From assembly GCA_964016885.1 (NCBI GenBank), contig OZ024763.1, forward strand, positions 1,054,001 to 1,118,000: DNA of 64,000 nucleotides. The letters are read 5' to 3'. The DNA comes from Eledone cirrhosa (lineage: Eukaryota). Made by a program: the position numbers and the translations under genes. Shown one piece after another: positions 24,788-37,271 of the stretch (its first letter is position 1; each line of letters opens with the position of its first letter). The notes beneath the pieces were generated by a model that ran no database searches, was not told the origin of the DNA, and saw only the letters and a program-made list of their open reading frames with translations.

Positions 24788-24838
24788 AGATTCCTGATGA
24801 TTTCTAAAGAATGAAACAGTTCTAGTCCTGTAGAATCT
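24788..24838 (+). ncRNA. Type-I hammerhead ribozyme (family A)
   Basis: agattc-CTGATGA-t[ttc taaa gaa]t-GAAA-cag ttctagtc ctG-TA^gaatct; 6-bp stem I, stem II, 4-bp stem III, GUA cleavage triplet. Confidence 0.8.
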
Positions 24839-24925
24839 CATCTATATTAAAACTTTTATACTCTGCAATGTATTGAGTACCTTACTTACTGTGGTTACCT
24901 CCGATTCAACCCGGAATAACGTACT

Positions 24926-25435
24926 ATCATCATCATCATCATCATCAGGTTTAGCGTCCGTGTTCCACGCTTGCATGGGTTTGGACGGGGGTTTTCCCAC
25001 TTGAGGCAAGAGTGGTTGTCTTGCTCGCATAGGACTGTCTGGCGGGTTTTCTACAGTTGGATGCCCTTCCTAACACCAACCACATTTACAGTGTGGGGCT
25101 GGGAGGTTTTTACCGTGTTGCCTACACGGCCACATTACAGCGTGGACTGTCTGGCGGGTTTTCTACAGCTGGATGCCCTTCCTAACACCAACCACATTTA
25201 TAGTGTGGGGCTGGGAGTTTTTTACCGTGTTGCCTACACGGCCACATTTACAGCGTGGACTGTGTGTTTTTTGTCGTGACACCTACACGATCTCATTTGT
25301 TTCGGCCTGGATGTTGTGGGACCAACATAACTTTACATTGAAAGGGGCGGTGTGGATGGGGTGGAGGTGGTGGGACGGGGGTGGGGGGTGTTTTGATAGA
25401 GATGCCTACTGACTGTAGTAGGTTTTTACTTTGTA
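24926..25435 (-). mobile_element. Retroelement 3' segment with (GAT)n tail and internal ~110-bp duplication (also 38838-39435(-), 51985-52268(-), 59012-59385(-), 61469-61855(+))
   Basis: Multiple highly similar copies ending in cccatgcaagcgtggaaca(c/t)ggacg(t/c)taaac(gat)n. Confidence 0.85.
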
Positions 25436-26092
25436 TTATATATATATATATATATAGGTTTTTACTTTGTACTATATATATATATATATCTTTCTCCTAA
25501 CTATAAATAAGACAATAGCATCATTGTTTGGTTTAGAGATAGTTCATGTTGTCTGTCTTTATGGGTGTCAATTAAGTACAGGAAACTCATCATCACCATC
25601 ATTTAACATCTGTTTTCCTTGCTGGCATATGTTGGATATGTAATAGACCTGCCAGTGATGAAGTAGAGCTGGGGGCCCAACATACTATCTCACACCCTAC
25701 CAAGTGTATTTTATCATGGCACCAACACTAGGAGGTTGCCGTGTCTATGGCACAGCTGAAGAGTCCCCCCTCGGCAGACTTTATATGGTTTGTTGTGTTT
25801 ATTGTGGCACCAGCAATAGGGAACTTGTCATGTCTATGGAATAGCTGAATAGTCTTTCTGACCCTTTGTTTGGCAAGTTTTCTATCGCTTGGTGCCCTTC
25901 CTATTGCCAACCATTGGGTGTGCTTATTGTGGCACCATCACTACCACTTTACAGAGTGTACTGGGTGTATTCTGTCATGAGACCATCTTTACTATGTTCC
26001 AGGATTTAAGGGGTTCCCTTGACTCTGTCACCATCCAGTTCTATTGTCCATCTTATTTGTCAGATCAGAGGGATTGCCTCTACACTCTTTGA

Positions 26093-26136
<44 letters not shown>

Positions 26137-26286
26137 GAAAACGGGGAAAGTTTTGTTACATGTCTAAGATATTTATTACATATCGAACTGTTACGGGTGT
26201 TTCACAGAGGGTCGGCTGAAAGTCACCCACCCATAGGAGTTATGGACCCAACTCTGTTATCGATCTGCTCTTCAGACTGGTGATGT

Positions 26287-26402
<116 letters not shown>

Positions 26403-26843
26403 TAGGTGGCACTGTTAGCACGGATTCCTGTGACTCTCTTTTGCAGTCCAATTGTTCATCATATTCAGCAGGTCAGAGAGATTGCAGTTTATGTTGTCAC
26501 AATTCTGTTTGATATAAGAGTCTTGTCTTGTCCTCCTCTGCTAGCTCTTATACAGGTAGGGTCCCACAAAAGAACTTCACTTATAATGGTTTCGAGTATA
26601 GGCACAAGGGCAGTAATTTGCGGGGAGGGGAAAGTCGATTAAATAGAACCAGTACGTTACTGGTGCTTCATTTTACCGACCCCGTAAGGATGAAAGGCAA
26701 AGTTAACCTCGGCGGGATTTGAACTCAGACCATAACTCTTTGCTGCAAAGCATGGCATCAGATGCTCTACCGAACCGATACTGCCAAACCACCACCCTGA
26801 ACTTCTCTAATAACAATGTATATTTTCTTAATTTTTCAGAAAA

Positions 26844-26921
26844 ATGCCGAAAGGTCGATCAAGGGGAAGGGCAGGAAGAGGACAAAGTGATGCTAGTCAA
26901 CCTGGCCCTCGACCAGGACAG
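26844..26921 (+). CDS. piwil1: Piwi coding exon 1 (MPKGRSRGRAGRGQ...)
   Basis: Acceptor ttttcag at 26839, ATG at 26844, donor gtaag at 26922; RG/RA-rich Piwi N-terminus. Confidence 0.8.
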
Positions 26922-26959
26922 GTAAGATTTGATCACATGATGTGTGAATTTAGGTTACA

Positions 26960-27210
26960 CTAGACCACCCATAACCCATTGGGTCACATTCACTTCTAAA
27001 TATTTTTTAAAAAATAATTTTTAGATAATTAAAATATACACAGACATGTATATAATGTGAAATGAAACTGGAAGGCCCTTATACGTGTGTGTATATATAA
27101 ATGTCTGTGTTTGTATACATACATATATATGTGGGTGTTTGTGATCTATATACACTGGTCATAGACACACACATACACATATATATACTCAACACCACCA
27201 CCAGCGCTAC
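26960..27210 (-). mobile_element. Helitron 3' fragment (family of 44750-45256)
   Basis: Similar to 44750-44990, beginning at the CTAG end. Confidence 0.6.
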
Positions 27211-27320
27211 AACATGTACTGGGAATATTTCATAGTGACTCTGGCTCTGCCACATTACAGTGTGGATTGAGTGCTTTTTTTGTGGCACCAGCACTACATT
27301 GAACACTGGATGCATTTTAA

Positions 27321-28091
27321 CCCTTTAGCATTTACATTACTCTATATATACTATTGTATTTTTATGGTAAAGGTTGACCTCACATAATATCTCACATACC
27401 ATTTACATTACTCTATATATACTATTATATTTTCATGGTAAAGGCTTTACCTCGCATAATATCTCACATAACATTTACATTACTCTATATATACTATTGT
27501 ATTTTCATGGTAAAGGCTTTACATTACTCTATATATACTATAGTATTTTCATGGTAAAGGTTTACCTCACATGATATCTCACATACCATTTACATTACTC
27601 TATATATACTATTGTATTTTCATGGTAAAGGTTTACCTCACATAATATCTCACATACCATTTACATTACTCTATATATACTATTGTATTTTCATGGTAAA
27701 GGCTTTACATTACTCTATATATACTATAGTATTTTCATGGTAAAGGTTTACCTCACATAATATCTCGCATACCATTTACATTACTCTATATATACTATTA
27801 TATTTTCATGGTAAAGGCTTTACCTCACATAACATTTACATTACTCTATATATACTATTGTATTTTCATGGTAAAGGCTTTACCTCACATAACATTTACA
27901 TTACTCTATATATACTATTATATTTTCATGGTAAAGGCTTTATCTCACATAATATCGAATCTATGAAATTTTGACGATATTTATTTTGAGAACAATACCT
28001 TAACATCAGTATCAGTGGCCTGTTACGGCCGGTTTGAACAGAAAGAGGTAAGAGAATTCTGGCTGCATATGGTGGTTTAAATGCTAAAGGG
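27321..28091 (+). mobile_element. TTAA-flanked piggyBac-like MITE with internal 60/72-bp tandem array; second copy 28096-28459 with nested SINE
   Basis: TTAA-CCCTTTAGCATTTA ... TAAATGCTAAAGGG-TTAA; other copies or fragments at ~15345-15505, 32832-33100, 38155-38490, 41985-42135, 44241-44455, 45700-45816, 48082-48280. Confidence 0.85.
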
Positions 28092-28598
28092 TTAACCCTC
28101 TTGCATATACATTACTCTATATATACTATTATATTTTCACATAGGGCGGTGGATTGGCAGTATCGGTATAGGGTCGAACACCATGCTTTCCAGCATAGTT
28201 ACGTCCCTTTACGATCCGAGATCAAAGCCCGCCGAGGTTGACTTTGCCTTTCATCCTTACGGGGGTCGATAAAATAAAGTACCAGTAATGCACTGGGTAA
28301 TTTCTGACCTTGTGCCTAAAGTAGAAACAATTATATTTTCACATAATATTGAATCTATGAGATTTTGAGAACAATACCTTAACATCAGTATGAGTGGGCA
28401 ATTACAGCCAGTTTAAACAAAGAGGTGAGAGAATTCTGGCCGGTTTAAATGTTAAAGGGTTAAGGAGCACAACAATCATTGGGAAGGTGTTGCCAGGTGG
28501 GGAACTCTTAGTGATTTTCAGTTTAAATTTCTGATTAAACGAAATTGCTACTATTTAAATGTTTTTTTTTTCTTTTTTTTTTAAATGTTTTTCAACAG

Positions 28599-28980
28599 CA
28601 AGGTGATGGCCCTCCACAGCCACAACAAATGCCCCAGCCAAGGTATCCACCAGCACATATGGTCCAACAGAGACCACAGATGATGAGTGATCCTGGTATC
28701 AGACAGTCAGGACCTCGACAACCTGTGCCTCGACAGCCAGGACCCCGTCAGGTGGTGCCGCACGCTGCACCTCTAGTAGTAAGCGCCGAGAGAGGTGCTG
28801 AACAAGGGGACGCCACTTCTGCCCCCCTTGTTGGCTCTGGTCGTGCAAGTTATAGAGGAGGAGCGAAGCCGGCTCCGATTGGTGGCAGTGAAAAACTCAC
28901 TGAAGAATTTTCCAAACTTTCTGTGAGAATTCGAGATGAACAGGTTGAGAGCAAACCTGCGAATTTAACAGCTCGACAAG
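28599..28980 (+). CDS. piwil1: Piwi exon 2 (Q/P/G/R-rich disordered N-terminus)
   Basis: Poly-pyrimidine tract and cag acceptor, gtatat donor, phase 0 to 1. Confidence 0.85.
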
Positions 28981-29078
28981 GTATATGTTTTGTTTTGTTT
29001 TGTTTTGTTTTATATATGGAACTACTGTTTCACTGGTTTAAGTCATTAGGCTGTGGCCATGCCACGGCATTATCATAA

Positions 29079-30801
29079 CACTTTACGATTTACATTACTC
29101 TATATATACTATTATATTTTCATGTAAAGGCTTTACTTCACATAATACGAGGTGTGTCAGAAAAGTTCCAGGACTGATGTCACAAAAGATTTATTTCAAA
29201 CCCAAAATTCACACTAAGAGTTTTCTCCTTCAAAGTAACCCCCCTGGAGTATGTAACTGTAATCTTAGCTCTCTGCAGCGATAAAACTTTTTTCTTCATA
29301 ATTTTATATACATGTCCTCTGTTTCAGGTTGTCAAGCAATGAGCACAGATCAACGAACAAACTTTAAGTTTCTGGTACGGTTGGGGAAAACTCCACTGCA
29401 GTAAGTGTATGGAGATGAGACGATGTCATGCTCACGTGCTTTTGAGTGGTGCAAGAGGTTTAAAGAAGGACGTGAGGACGTGGAGGATGACCCCAGGAGT
29501 AGAAGACCCTCAACAACCAGGACTGAGATCAATGTTGAGCGTGTCAGGCAGATGGTGCGTAGCGATCGTCAGCTGACTGTTCGACTGATGGCAAATGAGC
29601 TGGGCATGAATCGGGACAGCCTCTGGAAGATTCTCACTGAAGATTTGGACATGCGGAAAGTCCGCGAAGATGGTGCCAAAACTGCTGAACGATGACCAGA
29701 AGGGTCGACGCATGTAAGTGTGCCAGGACATCCTTGGGCGTCTTGAAACCGAACCACACTTGCTAGGGACAGTCATCACCGGTGATGAGTCATGGATCTT
29801 CGAGTACGACTCTGAGGGAACCCGTTTTGAAGACGTGGAAGACATCAAAAAGGCCGTGACGATGGAACTGCGGAGGATCCCGGAAGAATTCTTCCAGGAG
29901 TGCATGCAAGCGTGGCAGAAAAGGATGGAAAAGTGCATTAGACTCCAGGAGGATTACTTTGAAGGAGAAAACTCTTAATGTGAAGTTTGGGTTTGAAATA
30001 AATCTTTTGTGACATCAGTCGTGGAACTTTTCTGACACACCTCGTATCTTGCATAACATTTACATTACTCTATATATACTATTATATTTTCATGTAAAGG
30101 CTTTACCTCACATAATATTTACATTACTCTATATATACTATTATATTTTCATGTAAAGGCTTTACCTCAGATAACATTTACATTACTCTATATTTACTAT
30201 TGTATTTTCACAGTAAAGGCTTTACCTCACATAATATCTCACATAACATTTACATTACTCTATATTTACTATTGTATTTTCACAGTAAAGGCTTTACCTC
30301 ACATAATATCTCACATAACATTTACATTACTCTATATTTACTATTGTATTTTCACAGTAAAGGCTTTACCTCACATAATATCTCACATAACATTTACATT
30401 ACTCTATATATACTATTGTATTTTCACAGTAAAGGCTTTACCTCACATAATATCTCACATAACATTTACATTACTCTATATTTACTATTGTATTTTCACA
30501 GTAAAGGCTTTACCTCACATAATATCTCACATAACATTTACATTACTCTATATTTACTATTGTATTTTCACAGTAAAGGCTTTACCTCACATAATATCTC
30601 ACATAACATTTACATTACTCTATATTTACTATTGTATTTTCACAGTAAAGGCTTTATCTCACATAATATTAAATCTATGAGAATTTGATATTTATTTTGA
30701 GAACAATACCTTAACATCCGTGAATGGCCAGTTACAGCCAGTTTGAACAGAAAGTGGTGAGAGAATTCTGGCCTGATGAGGCTGGTTTAAATGCTAAAGA
30801 G
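29079..30801 (+). mobile_element. TTAA-type MITE with 72-bp tandem array hosting a mariner insertion
   Basis: Degenerate left end; right end taaatgctaaagag-ttaa; array at 30050-30670. Confidence 0.7.
29148..30044 (+). mobile_element. Internally deleted mariner transposon (pseudo-transposase)
   Basis: 65-bp inverted termini, TA TSD; ORF remnants FEWCKRFKEGREDVEDDPRSRRP (HTH), ITGDESWIFEYD and WQKRMEKCI; stops and frameshifts; most of the DDD domain is deleted. Confidence 0.95.
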
Positions 30802-31387
30802 TTAAAGTAAGCCTTGGCCAATTGTTGGCTATAGTAGAAGACACGGTCAGTAGTATTTGTGAAGGAGAGTTGCTTAATCCTAATATCAGAGGTTCAATTT
30901 CTGAGCTGAGTGGCACATGCTCTTCATGATAGGACAGGGGTGGCTGTCATTAAAACACCCCAAAAAACTCCTATGAGATTCAATCTTGTAGATCAGCTAA
31001 ACCTAAATTGGTGTGAACTGTAACAACATGATAGGACAGGGGCTCCTGTCATTAAATCACCCAAGAAACCTCCTATGAGGTGCAGCCTTGTAGGAGACCA
31101 GCTAAACCTACATAGCTGTGAGCTGTCACAACATGATGGGACCAGGGCTCCTGTCATTAAGGCATGCAAGAAACCTTGTAGGAGACCAGCTAAACCTACG
31201 TAGCTGTGAGTTGTAACAACATTATAGGACTGAGGTCCTCTATCTTTAAAACACACCAGCCAGAAACCTCTTAGAGGCTAGGTCAGCTAATCAAACCTAC
31301 ATATGTGAGCTGTGAATTTCACTAACCCCAACCCGACCCCATTTTAGTATTTATGGTCACCACCAACCTCTCGTGTTTGTTTTACAG

Positions 31388-31602
31388 GTGTGTCGGGTAC
31401 ACAGGTACAGTTGTACTCTAACTACTTTGAGATCTTGGCTATGCCCCAGTACAGTCTCCATCATTATCATGTTAGTTTTGCTCCTGAAATAGAAGGGAAA
31501 AGAATTCGAAAGGCCCTACTCATGCAGCATGCCGAGAAGTACTTTGGTCACCTCCATCTTTTTGATGGTATGATGTTGTTTCTACCCCAGAAGTTGCCTG
31601 AT
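31388..31602 (+). CDS. piwil1: Piwi exon 3 (GTQVQLYSNYF...LFDGMMLFLPQKL)
   Basis: tttacag/gtaagt; Piwi N-domain motifs. Confidence 0.93.
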
Positions 31603-32049
31603 GTAAGTCTTCTTCCACTCTTTTACAGGTTTCAGTCTCTAGACTCCGGCTGTGTTGGTAACGCGCCATTAATTTAATCAAGTACTCTGTTGAGTACTTG
31701 ATACTTGGTGTAGTAGAGTAGGGTTATATATATATATATATATATTGATGTGTCCCTATAATTTGACATGTTACACAAATCACCTTTCTTGGGGAGAGCT
31801 ACTATAATAGACTTCCTCCAATTAACAAGAGGTGATGCCGATTCAAGAACCTTGATGTATATTTTCAAAACGATTGATGGCACTAATGGGCTTCCATATT
31901 CTATGGCTTCATTAGCTAAAACCATGTCTGGTTTAGTAATGTAAATAATTGATAATTTTAGTAAATCCCTTAAAATCCTCTATCAATAAATTGAAATATT
32001 GAATTTAATGAGGCAATCACGAACTGTTTTTTTTTTTTCATCTCCACAG

Positions 32050-32174
32050 AAACTAGAGCTGGTGTCTAAGTGTAATGTGACCGACCAAATTTACACAATC
32101 ACCGTCACTTGGCGTTGTAAAGTAGTCCGTACTTCACCCACCATTATTCAACTGCTGAACATTCTCTACAAACA
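32050..32174 (+). CDS. piwil1: Piwi exon 4 (KLELVSK...IIQLLNILYK)
   Basis: ccacag/gtgagt; phases consistent. Confidence 0.88.
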
Positions 32175-32622
32175 GTGAGTCTTATGTATCTTATCGTTCA
32201 TTTCATCATGGGTTAGACGGGATTGTCCCACTTGAGGCAAGATTGGTCGCGTAACCTATCTCGCTCGTATAGAACTGTATCTGGCAGGTTTTCTACAACT
32301 GGATGCCTTTCCTAACACCAACCACATTTACAGTGTGGACTGGGAACCTTTTTACCATGTCTCCTCTACAACCACTTTACAGTGTGGACTGGGAGCCCGT
32401 TTACCATGTCTCCTACACGACCACTTTACAGTGTGGACTGGGAGCCTTTTTATCGTGTCTCCTATACAACCTCTTTACAGTGTGTACTGGATGTTCTGCG
32501 ATCTACATATATATATCTGAGCGACTTCCATCCCTCCGTCGCACAATGTACGTGTGTGTGTGTATAGACCCTAACCGATGATGAAAGCGGTCGTTTTATC
32601 TTTCGAAATTTTTCTTTTTCAG

Positions 32623-32718
32623 GATTCTCTCTTCATTACATTTGGTTCAGATTGGCAGAAATTATTATTCTATTCCTGATGAGATATCCAGAGACAATAA
32701 ATTGGCACAGACTCACAA
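32623..32718 (+). CDS. piwil1: Piwi exon 5 (LVQIGRNYY)
   Basis: tttcag/gtaaat; conserved QIGRNYY. Confidence 0.9.
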
Positions 32719-33364
32719 GTAAATATTCTTTTATTCTTTTAATAATTTCTGTCGTTAAACAGCAATTAATGCAATTCATGTTTTGAGAATATATATAAAA
32801 TTTGTCAACACACTTTTGTAAAACAAATTTTAACCCTTTAGCATTTCAACAGGCCGTATCTGGCCAGAATTCTCTCACCTCTTTCTGTTCAAACCAGCTG
32901 TAACCGGTTGTTCATCCAACATTAACCCTTTAGCATTTTCAACAGGCCGTATCTGGCCAGAATTCTCTCACCTCTTTCTGTTCAAACCAGCTGATGTTAA
33001 GGTATTGTTTTCAAATTAAATAAAATCAAAATCTCATAGATTTGATGTTATGTGAGATAAAGCCTTTATCACGAAACTACAAGAGTAAATGTTAAAGGGT
33101 TAATAGTTTTAGTCATTAGACTATGGCCATGCTGGGGCATTGTCTTGAGAATATATCTAGAATTTCACAAAATAAATAATTTCAAAATCTCATAGATTCA
33201 ATATTATGTGAGGGAAATCCTTTACCAATACAGGGTTAATAATATAACTAACTTTCACATTATTAAGTTGATGTTTGGAACATAACTTAACAAAATCTGT
33301 GACATGAAATGATGGAAAGTTTTTAGATAAATATAAACACTTTACAGTAAACTGTATCAAAAGG

Positions 33365-34015
33365 ATTAACCCTTTTGTTACTATATTTCTAATGAAAGAC
33401 ACTTGTGTATGTCATTAACCCTTTCATTACCATATTTCTAATGAAAGACACTGTCTTTAACCCTTTCATTACCATATTTCTAATGAAAGACTCTGTCTTT
33501 GTCATTAACCCTTTCATTACCATATTTCTAATGAAAGACTGTATATGTCTTTAACCCGTTCATTACCATATTTCTAATGAAAGACACTGTCTATGTCATT
33601 AACCCTTTCATTACCATATTTCTAATGAAAGACACTTGTGTATGTCATTAACCCTTTCGTTAGCATATTTCTAATGAAAGACTCTATGTCATTAACCCTT
33701 TCATTACCATATTTCTAATGAAAGACACTGTCTATGTCATTAACCCTTTCATTACCATATTTCTAATGAAAGACTCTGTCTATGTCATTAACCCTTTCGT
33801 TAGCATATTTCTAATGAAAGACACTGTCTATGTCATTAACCCTTTCATTACCATATTTCTAATGAAAGACTCTGTCTATGTCATTAACCCTTTCATTACC
33901 ATATTTCTAATGAAAGACTCTGTCTATGTCATTAACCCTTTCGTTAGCATATTTCTAATGAAAGACTCTGTTTATGTCATTAACCCTTTCGTTAGCATAT
34001 TTCTAATGAAAGAAT
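33365..34015. repeat. 48-bp intronic satellite (~14 copies), each unit a hairpin beginning TTAACCCTTT
   Basis: Unit attaaccctttcattaccatatttctaatgaaagac(a/t)ctgtctatgtc. Confidence 0.92.
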
Positions 34016-34150
34016 CTGCTTATAATTTTCATATCATTTTGAAAATAGTTACGAATTTTGAGAGTTTTAGTAATATAGGTAATATATTTAACTTTCTCAT
34101 TGTTTTTTTTATCAACTCACTAATAAAACTACATGCTGTGTGTTTTCCAG

Positions 34151-34348
34151 ATTAACTGTGTTTGATGGTATCCAGAGTAGTATCTTGAACTATGAGAAGG
34201 GTGCCATGTTGTGTGTTGATATCTCCCACAAAGTTATGCGTACTGATACAGTTGCCGATCTCATGCGTAGCTGTCGTTTAAGTGTTGGTGCTGCCGGATG
34301 GAAAGAGACTATTATGAAGCGTTTGCTGGGCAAAATTGTTCTTACCAG
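34151..34348 (+). CDS. piwil1: Piwi exon 6 (MLCVDISHKVMRTDTV...GKIVLTR)
   Basis: ttccag/gtacga; linker-1 and PAZ-start motifs. Confidence 0.93.
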
Positions 34349-35526
34349 GTACGATTATTTACAAAAATGGATTGGCAGTATCGGTAGAGGGTCGGACGCC
34401 ATGCTTTCCAGCATAGTTACGTCCCTTTACGATCTGAGTTCAAATCCCACCGAGGTTGATTTTGCCTTTCATCCTTACGGGGTCGATAAAATAAAGTACC
34501 AGTAATGCACTGGGTAATTGCTGGCCTTATGCCTAAAGTAGAAACAATTATTTACAAAACTATAAACATTTTTATATATATAATATAATGAAAATTATTG
34601 TGTACAGTGCTCAGGTGCACTACAACTCATCAAAGGTGCATGTATAGTACATAGAATAATGTACAAATGACAGGAAAGTGAACAGTGTCTGAGTCATGAT
34701 ATACACACAGATACATGCATGCGTTGTACATTTGTTTCATTTTTTTTACCTCTTAAATGTCCTGCGCCACATGAAACCACATTAGCAAGACATTCTTAAA
34801 AAGTACAAAACTACTCTGTGACTGCATTACATTAATTAAGTCTTTACTGTAATTTTGCAAATTTTCACATTGATCTGTCCACCGGTAAAAATAGTACAAA
34901 CATTTTCAGTAACAAACCTCATAAAACCACATTAGTAAGACATTCCTGAAAAGTATAAAACAATACTATGACTGCATCACATTAAGAATTACCATATTTC
35001 CCGGCGTCGAAGACACTACTCGGTAGTCTTTTCTTTAATACTGCAAAATTTCACAATTATTTCTCTAGTAAAGATACTATAAACATTTGCATTTACAAAC
35101 CATATGAAACTACATTCTTGAAAAGTATAAAATAGCACTATGGTTGCATCACATTAACAATTTAAATCATTCCTCTAATATTGCAAATTTTCATTTTGTC
35201 CACTAGTCAAATATACTATAAACAAATTTTCCATTAGTAAATATAATATAACAATTGGGATTAAGAAACCACATTGGCAAGACATTCTTGAAAAGGACAA
35301 AACAGTACTATGACTGCATCATCACATTATGACAAATGAGGGTATATACAAATACAATAGACATAGACTATATACCACTGCAGTCTTCTGTAGACTACAT
35401 ACTACTTTAGTCTACTGTAGACTATGTACCACTGCAGTCTTCTCTCCTACACATTACATCTGATTCCTGTTATACCATAATACTGGACTGTTTGTCATTA
35501 TTGTTTCTCTATTTTCTCCTCTCTAG

Positions 35527-35635
35527 ATATAACAACCGCACATATCGAGTGGATGACATAGATATGGACATGTTGCCTACCAGAACTTTCCGCAAACACA
35601 ATGAAGACGTTTCTTTTGTATCTTACTACAAAACG
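35527..35635 (+). CDS. piwil1: Piwi exon 7 (PAZ: YNNRTYRVDDID...SFVSYYK)
   Basis: ctctag/gtaata. Confidence 0.95.
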
Positions 35636-35643
35636 GTAATAAA

Positions 35644-35706
<63 letters not shown>

Positions 35707-35789
35707 CCACTCACTCTCTCTCTCCCCATTATATATGTTGATATATGCCGGTCTCCCACACATCTGTTGTACATAAAAGGAGAGTAAAA

Positions 35790-36350
35790 TTTGCTGGCCA
35801 CTGCCATCGTACCACCTCTGAGGCTGCCCCCCCCCCCCTCCATTAGTGCTTTGGAAACCACAAGCAGTCCCTAATAACAGGAGGCACAAGCTCTCCTATC
35901 CCGATTTGCTGGCCACTGCCATCGTGCCACCTATGAGGCTGTGTCCCCACTAATGCTCTAGAAACCACAAGCAGTCCCTAATAACAGGAGGCACAAGCTC
36001 TCCTATCCCGATTTGCTGGCCACTGCCATCGTGCCACCTATGAGGCTGTCTCCCCACTAATTTTCTAGAAACCACAAGCAGTCACTAATAACAGGAGGCA
36101 CAAGCTCTCCTATCCTGATTTGCTGGCCACTGCCATCGTGCCACCTATGAGGCTGTGTCCCCCACTAATGCTCTAGAAACCACAAGCAGTCACTAATAAC
36201 AGGAGGCACAAGCTCTCCTATCCCGATGTCATCTCCAGAGATTCTGGTATTGAAATCCAGGACTTGGCAACGGCAATGAACGGCAGGGCAGACCCACGTG
36301 GAGATCAATTGTTGAGTCCAATTCGGCTTAGGCCGCCAGATCATGAGGAT
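35790..36350 (+). repeat. ~107-bp tandem repeat (4 units) derived from a LINE ORF2 C-terminus, plus LINE 3' remnant
   Basis: atttgctggccactgccatcg at ~35790, 35904, 36011, 36118; translates FAGHCHRATYEAVSPLML...SYPDVISRDSGIEIQDLATAM. Confidence 0.75.
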
Positions 36351-36419
36351 GATATATGTTTAAGAAAAATCTTTATTGCTCCATCCATCCATCTATCTTT
36401 CTTTCTTTCAATGTCTTAG

Positions 36420-36543
36420 AATTATGGAATCCAGATCCGACACTTGGACTTGCCTATGCTTCTTAGTAAACCGAAGGCTCGTGATATCAGAAGGGGCCAG
36501 AATACTCCCATATATTTGGTTGCTGAGCTAGTTGTCATTACTG
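36420..36543 (+). CDS. piwil1: Piwi exon 8 (PAZ C-terminal: YGIQIR...IYLVAELVVITG)
   Basis: tcttag/gtaagt. Confidence 0.9.
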
Positions 36544-36786
36544 GTAAGTTGTAACTCTTTAGCATTTAAACCGGCCATATCCGGCCAGAATTCTCTCCCC
36601 TCTTTCTGTGTTTTTTTTGTAGATACCTGTTAACAACTCCTGTATGTTGGTAGGTGGGAGAACTCCGCTCCAGTTTGCCTATATTTTTACCTGTAGATAC
36701 CTGTTCAACTCTTGTACTAATGGTTTACCTGAGTTCTTTACCTGTAAACACCTGTCAGCTCCTGTACTTATGTTTCTATCTTCCAG

Positions 36787-36904
36787 GGCTTGACGACGAT
36801 GTGAGGACCAACTATGAAATAATGAAAGATCTTGCCCAGACCACAAGACTTACACCTGAGTCTAGAGTTGAGAGACTGAAGAGGTTTATTGGATCAACTC
36901 GAAG
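36787..36904 (+). CDS. piwil1: Piwi exon 9 (GLDDDVRTNYEIMKDLA)
   Basis: ttccag/gtaggt. Confidence 0.92.
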
Positions 36905-37238
36905 GTAGGTTGTATTTGTGTGTGCAGAGGTTTCCTTTCATTTATTTGATATATATTTACCGTATTTCCCGACGCCGAAGACATTTCGTCCTCGAGGACG
37001 CACCCTAGTTTTGACAAACAAAAATTTGAGAAAAAAAAATAGTAAACAACCATACTCTGAGTTCAAATCCCGCCGAGGTTAACTTTGCCTTTCATCCTTA
37101 CAGGGTCGATAACATAAAGTACCAGTAATGTACTGGGTAATTGCTGGCTGGCCTTGTGCCAAAAGTAGAAATGATTATTTTAGTATAATAGTGAAAAATA
37201 TGCTAGTAATTTTCATTGTTGTATTATTATTATTATTT

Positions 37239-37271
<33 letters not shown>

